In this document: piece after piece, positions 24,476-35,649 of the stretch
Layout of the letters: every line of letters starts with the position of its first letter
How positions within the stretch are numbered: the first letter of the stretch is position 1
DNA from: Macrostomum lignano
Lineage: Eukaryota
NCBI GenBank assembly: GCA_002269645.1
Contig: NIVC01000963.1
Span: 62,001 to 126,000, forward strand
DNA length: 64,000 nucleotides
Direction of reading: 5' to 3'
Program-made: the position numbers and the translations under genes
Notes under the pieces: generated by a model
Database searches by the model: none
What the model was told of the DNA's origin: nothing
Seen by the model: only the letters and a program-made list of their open reading frames with translations

Positions 24476-25517
24476 GTTAAAAGCACCCTGTTTCAGTAGC
24501 ACAACCAGTAATTTTTGAGGGACCGAGGCTCGGGACTATTCACTTATGACCGGGTCTCCCAGATTTCAGCTAATTTCTGGGGTTTCTAACTTCCCAATTC
24601 GAATTCTAGACTAAGTCTTGACTTTGACAATTGAAATAAGTCATTACACGCCGCACTAGCAGTATGAGTCCATTGCTCTTGTTTGATCAAATCCGGCATC
24701 TATTTTCGTATCAGTTGCGGTCTACGAGCGTACATCCTGCTTCAAGTTGGTGGCTTCCATTCTTCTTCGAGAATTTCTCTTCCTTTAGGCTGATCCAATT
24801 TTCCTTCGCTTTGACCTGAAGAGCGGAGAGATCGGAAGACTGCAACATTTTGACCATAAATTTACTCTGCTCATTCAAGCTTGCATTGACAGCAACCCCG
24901 CCCACCTTCGTATTCAACTATTCAACTCAAACAACAAACTATATAATCACAGTGAAAGTAAAAAAAAACTTTTCAATGGCATCAGTTGCCACCTATTTAC
25001 GATATTCCATGCTATTCCTAGACTGTCCTACAGCTGCAACTCCTTTCAAATCAGCGACTGATAAGATAAGAGAGAGGGGAGAAATAGAAGACCCGGGTGG
25101 GGAAACCTCTTTGTTTGTTCTGAGGGGGTATCGATCTATATGATTCAATAGAACAACTGCTCTAAGAATCCTTCCTGGTCTTGGCAATAAAAAATCTTTG
25201 TCTGGGTTGCGCAGAAAAGCTGTGGGAACTGTTTTTTTGCAACGCATGGTTTCCGTTGGTATTTTTGATACAAGCAAAAGATTGTCCCGGCCCGCCTATT
25301 TCCTGAATTGCTGCCCATATCTTCTAAGACCAGAATTCTGTCTGAATCACAGACCATATGGTTTATTATTTGAATTTATGAACGAATATCAAATAACAAT
25401 GCACACGCACAGATAGGAAGAAATACACTGCTAGTGCTAGTCTATCTATATATCCTTATACCTATGCTATACCTATCTATCATCAATCCATATCTGCCTG
25501 AATTACCTAAACACGAC

Positions 25518-28336
25518 TTAGTCGTCGTTTCCTGTTAGCGGCATCACATAGAATAGTTGACATGTGTCGGCAGACGCCCCCCGCTTTGGAAGCATCCAGC
25601 ACTTTCGCTTTGGCCGACCACTGATAGAGTCTGCTGAAGCGCGGTACAGCCCTATTCCAAGTTGCAAACTCGGGTATGGGTAGGTGTAAATATCCTCGAC
25701 TGGAATTAGGATTCTGCCAGTTACTGTGCCGTCGAGAGAAACATCGTCTAGAAGTACGCAGCGCTCGCCTATGAAGCAGCAGTTGTCGCCCTTGTTGCGA
25801 CTGTACTTCAGGGGCCGAATCGACAGCAAAGATGCATTCTCCAGCATCATAAGCCGTACTCGCAAAACCTGCTTCACTGCATGTGCCGCTGCGTGTCTCG
25901 TGACTTTAACTTTCCGCTTAACTGCTCCTAGGAAATTCTCGAATGGGAACGTAGAGAAGTTGTTAAGGCCGCCGAGTTTTCTCACAAATTGGTCCAAATG
26001 TAGTAGTGCGTGAACATTGAAGCTGATGACCTTCGGGCCGAAAATAATTGCCAGTTGTTCCACGAATACTTCTATGCAACTTTTCGCCTTGTCCCAATGC
26101 TGAGAAAAATTGTTGGATGAGTAGCAGTAGATGGCGAAATGCAGCAGCAGAAAGTTTTTGTACAGGCGCGCAGGCATGAATCCTTTAAAAAGTGCCGGTC
26201 CCAGGTACAGAACGAACTGGCGAAATTCTGTCGCCTTCATATGCATCAAATTAGAGTCGATTCGCCTAGGCCTTCTCTGAAAGTTCGACGGCGTCCAGCA
26301 AGAAATCTCAGAAATCCAGTCAGACAGACTTCGCTGATAATTGTTCACTCGGTTGTTCTTCTTTGAAGGAGGAAAGTAAAAGTGCATTAGTTTCCGCATC
26401 ACACCTAAGAGAACGGCGTGCTGATAGTCCACCGGAAAGGATTCAACGAAATCCACGTTTGGAAGTTGAAGGAGTGGCGACAGTTTATTGGACCGTCCAA
26501 AGTATGTACATGCATGGTAGGAGTTATGGCCCAGAGTGCGCATTAGAAAAGCGCGCGCTGGGGTGTCGCAGACAAAGTCAATCGTTGAAAATGCAACACT
26601 TATGTTGTCTCCAATTTTGACAGGCTCTGACAGATACTGCTTCGCTTCCAGGATGAAGTCGTTCAGGTACTCATCCAGAGGAGGCTTGCCTTCACCGACC
26701 CAAATCGCAATAGGAAACGGTCTTGGAAAAGCTTCCGGAATCTTCATCAGGATTGGCCACAAACCAAAAGACGTAGATTTGTACAGAGGCAGTCCATCGC
26801 AGTTGACTATTCCTCTCAGTTCAAACACACTCGTCTCGCCTTCGTGACGTAGATTTTCCGGGTTTAGTTTCAGTAACTGGCGGCGATAAATTTCGTGCAG
26901 ATTGTTTGTTATAGATACGTATCGAAAATGGCCCCTGCCCATCGGAACCAGTTTACTTGGTGGCTCAGATGCTTTCACGATTGTTTCAATCGAGCTCACA
27001 GATTTAGGAGTGGGCAAACCCATACCATTCAGCTCCTGGATCATAAATGACATTGTCTCACGACCTACGTTATGAAAGGCCATTAAAGCGACAAGTAAAT
27101 TCTGTAGCTTTTCCTTCAAAGTGCGATTATCTTCGAACTCTTCGCTCTGCAGTTCTTCCATTTCAATTTCTTCATTTTTCTCTTCAAAAGACTCAGAGCA
27201 GACAGATTCTAGTTCACCAGAAATATTCCATTCTTCAGAGTCCTGCCCTAAGTAGAAGTACTCCGGGTCAGCAGGAACTGCCGCAGCTGAAAGAATGGTA
27301 AAAAGTAAAAATGGTAAAGAATTCTCCTCCACTCTCTCCCGCCCTCTCCTCCGCTCTCTCCTCTGCTCTCTCCCCTGCTCTCTCCTCCGCTCTCTCCTCC
27401 ACTCTCTCCTCTGCTCTCTCGTCCGCTCTCTCCTCCACTCTCTCCTCCACTCTCTCCTCTGCTCTCTCCTCCGCTCTCTCCTCCACTCTCTCCTCTGCTC
27501 TCTCCTCCACAATCTCTTCCGCTCTCTCCTCCACTCTCTCCTCCACTCTCTCCTCTGCTCTCTCCTCCGCTCTCTCCTCCGCTCTCTCCTCCACTCTCTC
27601 CTCTGCTCTCTCCTCCGCTCTCTCCTCCGCTCTCTCTTCCGCTCTCTCCTCCACTCTCTCCTCCACTCTCTCCTCTGCTCTCTCCTCCGCTCTCTCCTCT
27701 GCTCTCTCCTCCGCAATCTCTTCCGCTCTCTCCTCTGCTCTCTCCTCCGCAATCTCTTCCGCTCTCTCCTCTGCTCTCTCCTCCGCAATCTCTTCCGCTC
27801 TCTCCTCCTCTCTCTCCTCCGCAATCTCTTCCGCTCTCTCCTCCTCTCTTTCCTCCGCAATCTCTTCCGCTCTCTCCTCCTCTCTCTCCTCCGCAATCTC
27901 TTCCGCTCTCTCCTCCTCTCTCTCCTCCGCAATCTCTTCCGCTCTCTCCTCCTCTCTCTCCTCCGCAATCTCTTCCGCTCTCTCCTCCTCTCTCTCCTCC
28001 GCAATCTCTTCCGCTCTCTCCTCCTCTCTCTCCTCCGCAATCTCTTCCACTCTTTCCTCCGCCCTCTCCTCTGCTCTCTCCTCCGCAATCTCTTCCGCTC
28101 TCTCCTCCGCTCTCTCCTCTGCTCTCTCCTCCCCAATCTTTTCCTCCCTCTCCTTCCTTATCTGCTCTGATTTTCCTTCATGACTTACCTGTGCTGCTCT
28201 CGGTATCAACAGGAACTTCAAACGTATCTTCAGAGTCAAAACCTGAAAGCTGCAGAGCAGAGCTGTCTTTGAAGTTGCTAGCAAACAACGTTAGCAAGTA
28301 TTTATCGGTCTTGCGACGAACATTGCGGGCTTCCAT
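25518..28336 (-). CDS. CACTA/EnSpm-type transposase; 2 exons (28336-28189, 27286-25518), ~638 aa; possibly inactive
   Basis: Motifs CDGLPLYKS...WPI, FVCDTPARAF..GHN, DYQHAVLLGVMRKL, KATEFRQF.LY.GP, NVHALLHL and FPFENFLG. ATG at 28336. GTAAGT donor at 28188 and polypyrimidine-CAG acceptor at 27287 are both phase 1. Confidence 0.85.
27330..28135. repeat. 12-bp-based CT-rich satellite (ctctctcctccg) inside the transposase intron
   Basis: Tandem array between acceptor 27287 and donor 28188. Confidence 0.93.
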
Positions 28337-29270
28337 GGACACTATTATTGGTGACGCAAACCGCAGGATTTAAAAAAGTAATCGTTGAAATCCTTAATTC
28401 GTAAATGTTAAAATAATAAGTTAATAATTATTAAACTGAAATTTAAACAATAACTCTTCAGAAATGCTGGATTAGTGGGAGGCGGTGGGTCACAGTGATA
28501 GAGAAGCAGTCCAACCCTGGGTGGTTTAACCTTCAACTCATTCCATTGGCTCGTGGCGAGGAGTGATTCCCTTCCCCACGACATACATGTACGGGGCTCA
28601 TATAACTTTCGGTAAGGATCTATAATAAGCGCAGGAAATTTAACCCATCGACTCTGTATTCTATACCTCAGTCTATAGCTTTGTATTGACGACGCATTCT
28701 CAGTAGCATCTATTATAAATTTATCTCTATTATGAAGTTCCTGGTAATATTTTATTCCGACCGGCAAATCATAGAGGTCCTTCAACGAGGGTTAGACTCC
28801 CCTCTAACTTGGCGGCATTCACTGAAGCCGACTGGCTTAAAGAAAGAGAATCCACGGAGCCATGGTACTGTGAAGTGGAATATGAAGAACAGCTGTACTC
28901 TGCCGTCATTTTGCAAGTAAGTAGCTTAGTTATACTCATGCATGTCTAATTTACTCTCATTGAATCTGACTTATTAATGTAAATGTCAAAAATATCAGGG
29001 TAAAGAGGTGGATTTAGGGGGGTTGGGACTCCCAAAAATACTTTGATAGAACATATTGCGCCCTCTAAACTTGATTTTTCGCCCCTACACGCATACTTGT
29101 AATTGCGCCCCCTAGCTTAAAAAATGGCACCCCTCATACTCATGTTGGTGCCCCAGACTTGGACCGCCCCCCTAAATTGCAGCTAAAGTGCATTTGAAGT
29201 GCATTTATCAATTGCACACTTGCCAATTTACTTTATACTCTTCAATGACTCCATGTTGAATGCTTTGCAG

Positions 29271-31809
29271 GTAATCCTGTCGGACGATGTCGAACCGAGC
29301 TCCATTCGATTCGTACGTGAGCTGAAGACACGGAAGAAGCGACTACGCGACGTGCTAGCTCTCGTCCAACCCCGAGTCTTTACGGAGGCGGATTTGAGAA
29401 ATTCACGTCGTCAGTATCAGTCGCAGGTTAGTACTGCCAAAAGAAAATATGTCGTGTCGTTCGTAGTGACTTTTAGGGGATTGGATTCTAACTTTATCCA
29501 TCCACCCCGCCGTCTATCGACAGAATGTTCCCATCGGCTCTGCATCCGATTCCGACGGTTTTTTTTTGGAGCCTCCTGTGCATTCACCGGAGCGTCCATC
29601 GGTCGCTGCGTGCCCTGGACAGGACGTCCCAGCAACAGAAGCCCAGTTGCTCGCCGACTCCGAAGGAATTCACTGCGCAGCAGATGCGGTGGAGCCCTCC
29701 ACCATCCCGAAGAGCACAAGTACCGTTGATGTAGCGCAAGAGGCGGCACTTGAGGTGTCGGATTTGTCAGATGCGGCATGTGAGGTATTGGAGGATGCAG
29801 CACCAGAGACGCTCGGAACGGCCTTGAAGTCGCGGGATACGACAAGCGCGGGAAGTGACACGCCGGATGCAGCCCCGAAAGCGCTTTTAACAATTCCGAC
29901 GGGGTCAGCAGGAGCAAGCGATCAATGGCCGGACAATATTAAAAGCCTAGAGCACCAACTGCGAGAAGCCGCTGGTGGCCCGCTTTGTAACGCGCAAGGG
30001 CTTCTTTTCGTCATGCTGACGACGCTTCGGGAGCTCTCCGTGCGCAACACGCGATTACAGCAGCACCAAGCCCAGATGTCGCAGGAACTGCATGGTGTCC
30101 GGGCAGAGGTCGAGCGCTTATCAGCACTGCTCAATCCTGAAATGGCTGAACTGAATTCCACGTTCTGGCCAATCAGCTCCTGGAATGAGTACATCAATTT
30201 TGCTACCGCTTTGCCGTCTGAGCACCTGACATCTTTGGTGAGTTTTCTAGTTCATTAGTATAGCAAATTTATGAAGCGGAGTGGTGAAATCACCAGAATC
30301 ATCAGAACTACTCCGGGATTTAGACGTCTGCCGCTTTCTCCTCTCATCCTCCCTCTCTCCTCCGCCCTCTCCTCCCCTCTCTCCTCCAATTTTCCTTTAT
30401 GACATTCCTGTGCTGCTCAGAAATACTCAGGGATTTAGATAGAAATCAAATAGCCATCCACCGTCTCATCTCATTCAGAGGCGCCAATTGCATCTTTGCC
30501 GGCGGCCACGGTGGCAAGACTCACTACGTGCAATGTTGGACCTCACACTGACGCCCGAACTTCAAGCCGCCGTGAACTTTATTGGTACTGGCATGCAAGA
30601 CAGGGCTCGAGCTGCAGGCGTGGAAACACTGCTAGGCGATGCGCAGCTCGCATTTAGGACGCTTTTTTTGGAAAGATACCAAGGTAATGGGAGCATATAC
30701 ATGATAGATTAATTTCAATAGTATAGGAAGTAAACACTACGTCTGAGGAGAGGAGTCAGGAATGGGAAGAATTAATCAGGGCTCGAGAATTTGATAATTT
30801 TTCCTCTATCTCCCAACCGACAGACGCGATTTCTACAATTTATGGCGGCAACGAAAGGCCCACGCGAGATGAGGTGAAAAACACGGTTGTCGACCAACTT
30901 AAGCGTGGCGGCGACAGACTTGTTCGTCGGGTCCATCGGCGACGGACGGAAGGTGGCGCCGAAGGTAACGATGCAGCAGCTGCACTGACGGCTAGCCCGA
31001 GACCTCCTTCAACCGCTGCAGCGACAACACCATCAGCTGTTTCTGCAACGTCAGCGCGCCGGCAGTCGGCAAGTGCAGCGCCGTCGCCGTCGGGTACCTG
31101 GCGGCCTTCTGCGAGTGCAGCAGCAGCTTCAGCAGCGCTGATGGCTAGCCCGAGACCTCCTTCAGCCGCTGCAGCGACAACACCATCAGCTGTTTCTACA
31201 ACGTCAGCGCGCCGGCAGTCGGCAAGTGCAGCGCCGTCGCCGTCAGGTACCTGGCGGCCTTCTGCGAGTGCAGCAGCAGCTTCAGCAGCGCTGATGGCTA
31301 GCCCGAGACCTCCCTCAGCCGCTGCAGCGACAACACCATCAGCTGTTTCTGCAACGTCAGCGCGCCGGCAGTCGGCAAGTGCAGCGCCGTCGCCGTCGGG
31401 TACCTGGCGGCCTTCTGCGAGTGCAGCAGCAGCTTCAGCAGCGCTAATGGCTAGCCCGAGACCGCGACCTCTCTCAACCGCTGCACCAACATCGCTATCG
31501 GCTGCTTCTGCAATGTCAGCGCGCCGGCAGGCCACGAGTACAGCACCTGCTGCGGCGCCGCTTACGGGTAGCGGACAACCTGCCGCAGCCGCTCCATCGA
31601 CAGCGCCGTTACGCAGCGCTAGACGACACAGACCGGGTCAGCGGCCGCTGCAGGCGCAGTCGGTCTTGATGTGGGCAGACAGCGAGTCTGCCGAGTCAGA
31701 TTTAAGTTCTAACTCGGACTCCGACTGGCATCCGCCCCAGGGTTTTTTAACTGAAGCACCAGGTGCCAGGAAAAGGTCTCGAGAAGACAGTGACAGTGAC
31801 AGTGAATGA
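29271..31809 (+). CDS. CACTA accessory gene, DUF4806-like; exons 29271-29426, 29524-30237, 30479-30683, 30824-31809; 5' exon unresolved (candidate ATG 28732)
   Basis: AG/GT sites are phase-compatible (0, 0, 1). FWPISSWNEY, LRAMLDLTLTPELQAAVNFIG and EVKNTVVDQLKRGGDR resemble the DUF4806 pattern as recalled from memory. Confidence 0.65.
30991..31470 (+). repeat. 153-bp (51-aa) coding tandem repeat, 3 copies plus a partial
   Basis: gctagcccgag recurs at 30991, 31144, 31297 and 31450. Confidence 0.95.
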
Positions 31810-32655
31810 TAGTTAAATTATTAAAATCAGGAAAGTGCTGGATAGCAGTTAAAGTACCTTTTCATAATTTAAGACTGATATTAATTAGAATGCACGATGA
31901 AATCTCTCAGAATCGATAGTGGTATCCTAAAATTGATAGTGAAATGTTAAAATCGGTAGTGGGATCTTTAAAAAATTCCAGCATAATGCAACCATCATAC
32001 TACTTAAGAGTAGAATCAGGGAATTTGCGCTGCCGAAAAATCCTTAAATTTTTTTAAATCTCGAATTTTCTTTCCGTCTCCTGTCAGCTGTTTCACTTTC
32101 TTCTTGACTCTTCTCCAATTCTTTTACTCGTCTTACAATCTATTTTAAATGTTTTATAATAACAATATATAAGGTACCCTTTATGTGTTATTCGTATTTT
32201 TCTTTTCTTTAGTACCTAGTAAGTGTAAAAGTGCTTATTATTGTCATTTGTTTGTATCATTTAAAAATTTTTCATTGTAAATACACCGAATGGAAACAAA
32301 TAATATAAAAACTGCTCTTATTCCCTTTCTTCCTGAAAATTATTTGATAATTAGGAAATGGTATGCATTTTCAGTTTATGGTCAATAACGCGGTCATTAT
32401 ACTGTGCAGGTTGGTGCAACTACGCTCACGAAAGCAAGCTGCGCTCCAGAGTGGGTCCGCTTAAGCATAATGTCTTCATCATACTACTAAGAGTAGAATC
32501 AGTGAATTTGTGCTGCCTAAAAATGTTACCGTACGCTCAGCGCCGGGCGCGGCGCCGACTTGGCGAGATCCATACAGTACTTCGGGGCGCACTGTCGCCC
32601 CGAATTGAGCGCCGCCGTCTGCGTACGGTTAGGCGTACTAAAAATCCCCACTGGG

Positions 32656-34500
32656 TTTGCAGCGTCCATTTCTGTAGTGATTTTTGCAGCGTCCATTTCT
32701 GTAGTGAACTTTGCAACGTCCATTTCTGTAGTGATTTTTGCAGCGTCCATTTCTGTAGTGAACTTTGCAACGTCCATTTCTGTAGTGAACTTTGCAGCGT
32801 CCATTTCTGTTGTAGACTTTGCAACGTCCATTTCTGTAGTAGACTTTGCAACGTCCATTTCTGTAGTGAACTTTGCAGCGTCCATTTCTGTAGTAGACTT
32901 TGCAGCGTCCATTTCTGTAGTGAACTTTGCAGCGTCCATTTCTGTAGTAGACTTTGCAGCGTCCATTTCTGTAGTAGACTTTGCAGCGTCCGTTTCTGTA
33001 GTGAACTTTGCAGCGTCCATTTCTGTAGTGATTTTTGCAGCGTCCATTTCTGTAGTGAACTTTGCAACGTCCATTTCTGTAGTGAACTTTGCAGCGTCCA
33101 TTTCTGTAGTAGACTTTGCAACGTCCATTTCTGTAGTAGACTTTGCAACGTCCATTTCTGTAGTGAACTTTGCAGCGTCCATTTCTGTAGTAGACTTTGC
33201 AGCGTCCATTTCTGTAGTGAACTTTGCAGCGTCCATTTCTGTAGTAGACTTTGCAGCGTCCATTTCTGTAGTGAACTTTGCAGCGTCCATTTCTGTAGTA
33301 GACTTTGCAGCGTCCATTTCTGTAGTGAACTTTGCAGCGTCCATTTCTGTAGTAGACTTTGCAGCGTCCATTTCTGTAGTGAACTTTGCAGCGTCCATTT
33401 CTGTAGTAGACTTTGCAGCGTCCGTTTCTGTAGTGAACTTTGCAGCGTCCATTTCCATAGTAGACTTTGCAACGCCCATTTCTGTAGTAGACTTTGCAAC
33501 GTCCATTTCTGTAGTGAACTTTGCAGCGTCCATTTCTGTAGTAGACTTTGCAGCGTCCGTTTCTGTAGTGAACTTTGCAGCGTCCATTTCCATAGTAGAC
33601 TTTGCAACGCCCATTTCTGTAGTAGACTTTGCAACGTCCATTTCTGTAGTGAACTTTGCAGCGTCCATTTCTGTAGTGATTTTTGCAGCGTCCATTTCTG
33701 TAGTGAACTTTGCAACGTCCATTTCTGTAGTGATTTTTGCAGCGTCCATTTCTGTAGTGAACTTTGCAGCGTCCATTTCTGTAGTAGACTTTGCAACGTC
33801 CATTTCTGTAGTAGACTTTGCAACGTCCATTTCTGTAGTGAACTTTGCAGCGTCCATTTCTGTAGTAGACTTTGCAGCGTCCATTTCTGTAGTGAACTTT
33901 GCAGCGTCCATTTCTGTAGTAGACTTTGCAGCGTCCATTTCTGTAGTGAACTTTGCAGCGTCCATTTCTGTAGTAGACTTTGCAGCGTCCATTTCTGTAG
34001 TGAACTTTGCAGCGTCCATTTCTGTAGTAGACTTTGCAGCGTCCATTTCTGTAGTGAACTTTGCAGCGTCCATTTCTGTAGTAGACTTTGCAGCGTCCGT
34101 TTCTGTAGTGAACTTTGCAGCGTCCATTTCCATAGTAGACTTTGCAACGCCCATTTCTGTAGTAGACTTTGCAACGTCCATTTCTGTAGTGAACTTTGCA
34201 GCGTCCATTTCTGTAGTAGACTTTGCAGCGTCCATTTCTGTAGTGAACTTTGCAGTGTCCATTTCTGTAGTGATTTTTGCAGCGTCCATTTCTGTAGTGA
34301 ACTTTGCAGCGTCCATTTCTGTAGTGATTTTTGCAGCGTCCATTTCTGTAGTGAACTTTGCAGCGTCCATTTCTGTTGTAGACTTTGCAACGTCCATTTC
34401 TGTTGTAGACTTTGCAACGTCCATTTCTGTAGTAGACTTTGGAACGTCCATTTCCATAGTAGACTTTGCAGCGTCCATTTCTGTAGTAGACTTTGCAACG
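32656..34500. repeat. 27-bp satellite, right half (~68 units)
   Basis: Same unit as 7411-8573, resuming in register after the right TIR. Confidence 0.97.
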
Positions 34501-34854
34501 CTTGGAAAGTCAAAGGTGCGATTCAGTCGACTCGATGAGGTCCTGACAGTGACGAACAGGAAGGAGGCAATTTCTTAGTGCCACCGCACTCCGTGTGTAC
34601 AGAATCTAGGCAATTGGAATAGGAACTGGCGGAACCACTTGTACGTGCTGCGTTTATCCTGTCCACTCCTCACAGGCGCTTGCTGTATGCTGCAATACCC
34701 AATTTAACTTTAGAGCGTCCTCCGCTCAGATTATATCAAAGGCAGAAGTGACCTTCGTCGACTAAGTGCGAATAATGTAAAAACTATCTATTCCATAGAT
34801 TTCAAGACGAGTAACACGATGGAGACAGTGCTCTCCTCTGCCGCATTTCTGCTA

Positions 34855-35200
34855 TCCATCCCCATCTTTTTTCTCTCCTCTCCGAACTCTCCTCTCTGAT
34901 CTCTCCTCTCGGATCTCTCCTCTCCGATCTATTCTCTCCGATCTCTCCTCTCGGATCTCTCCTCTCCGATCTCTCACCCGGATCTCTCTTCTCTGGTCTC
35001 TCCTCTCCGATCTCTCCTCTCCGATCTCTCCTCTCTGATCTCTCCTCTCTGATCTCTCCTCTCCGATCTTTTCTCTTCTATCTCTTCTTTCTCTCCGATC
35101 TCTCCTCTTACATGCATGTCTCCTCTCTGATTTTTCCTCTCCGAGCTCTCCTCTCCTATCCAATTTTTCCTCCCAGATCTCTGATCTCTCCTCTCTCCTC
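34855..35200. repeat. ~14-15-bp CT-rich minisatellite (ctctcctctccgat)
   Basis: Tandem variants, seen directly. Confidence 0.85.
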
Positions 35201-35319
35201 TCCCCTGTCCCTTTACTCGTTTACCTTCTCCACAACGGCAATTCCATCATTCCAAATGGCAACATGCATCGCAACATACTACTTTATTGACAGTGCGAGT
35301 AGCACCAAATGCGCGCAGA

Positions 35320-35588
35320 TCAGGGAGTCAGATAAATTGTCTTCTGCATTCGCTGCTGCCGGTCTCGCGGCTTTGTTGGCGCGCGAGATTCTTCGTCGCT
35401 GAATTCTTCGACGTCTTCCTGACTGCCGCCGCCGCCGCAACAGCAGGAGTGAAGAAGCAAAGCCATTAGGCCGGCGAACAGCCCGAGGCCCGCCAGACCG
35501 CCGAGGACGCCGCCGACGATGCAGGGCAGCTCGCAAGACGGCATCTCGAAGTGTTGATGGCGGCGAAGTCCTTGGCAGCTGGAGTTGC
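35320..35588 (-). CDS. Terminal exon of a single-pass membrane protein (orphan)
   Basis: Polypyrimidine-CAG acceptor at 35589. TM segment CIVGGVLGGLAGLGLFAGLMALLLH followed by CCC and an acidic tail. Stop at 35320 and AATAAA on the minus strand at 35283-35288. Confidence 0.55.
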
Positions 35589-35649
35589 CTGCAGGGGGAC
35601 AGAGACTGGGATTTGAGGGGAGATGAGAGCCTGATAGGAGTCAGATCGC

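Larger units (their letters stand above)
8574..32655. mobile_element. ~24.1-kb CACTA/EnSpm (CMC superfamily) composite DNA transposon
   Basis: TIRs CCCAGTGGGGA (8574-8584) and TCCCCACTGGG (32645-32655). The 2-bp TSD TT restores the satellite unit. Subterminal motifs are shared by both ends. A CACTA-type transposase and a DUF4806-like gene lie inside. Confidence 0.8.

Noticed and set aside
27287-28188. Arg/Glu-rich N-terminus of the 872-aa ORF (25518-28136) as real protein
   Set aside because: It is read-through of a satellite lying inside a well-defined GT-AG intron.
32358-34578. Cys-rich (CSVHFCSEL)n, (LQKWTLQS)n and (VVDFAASIS)n ORFs
   Set aside because: These are alternative frames of a stop-poor 27-bp satellite with no independent coding evidence.
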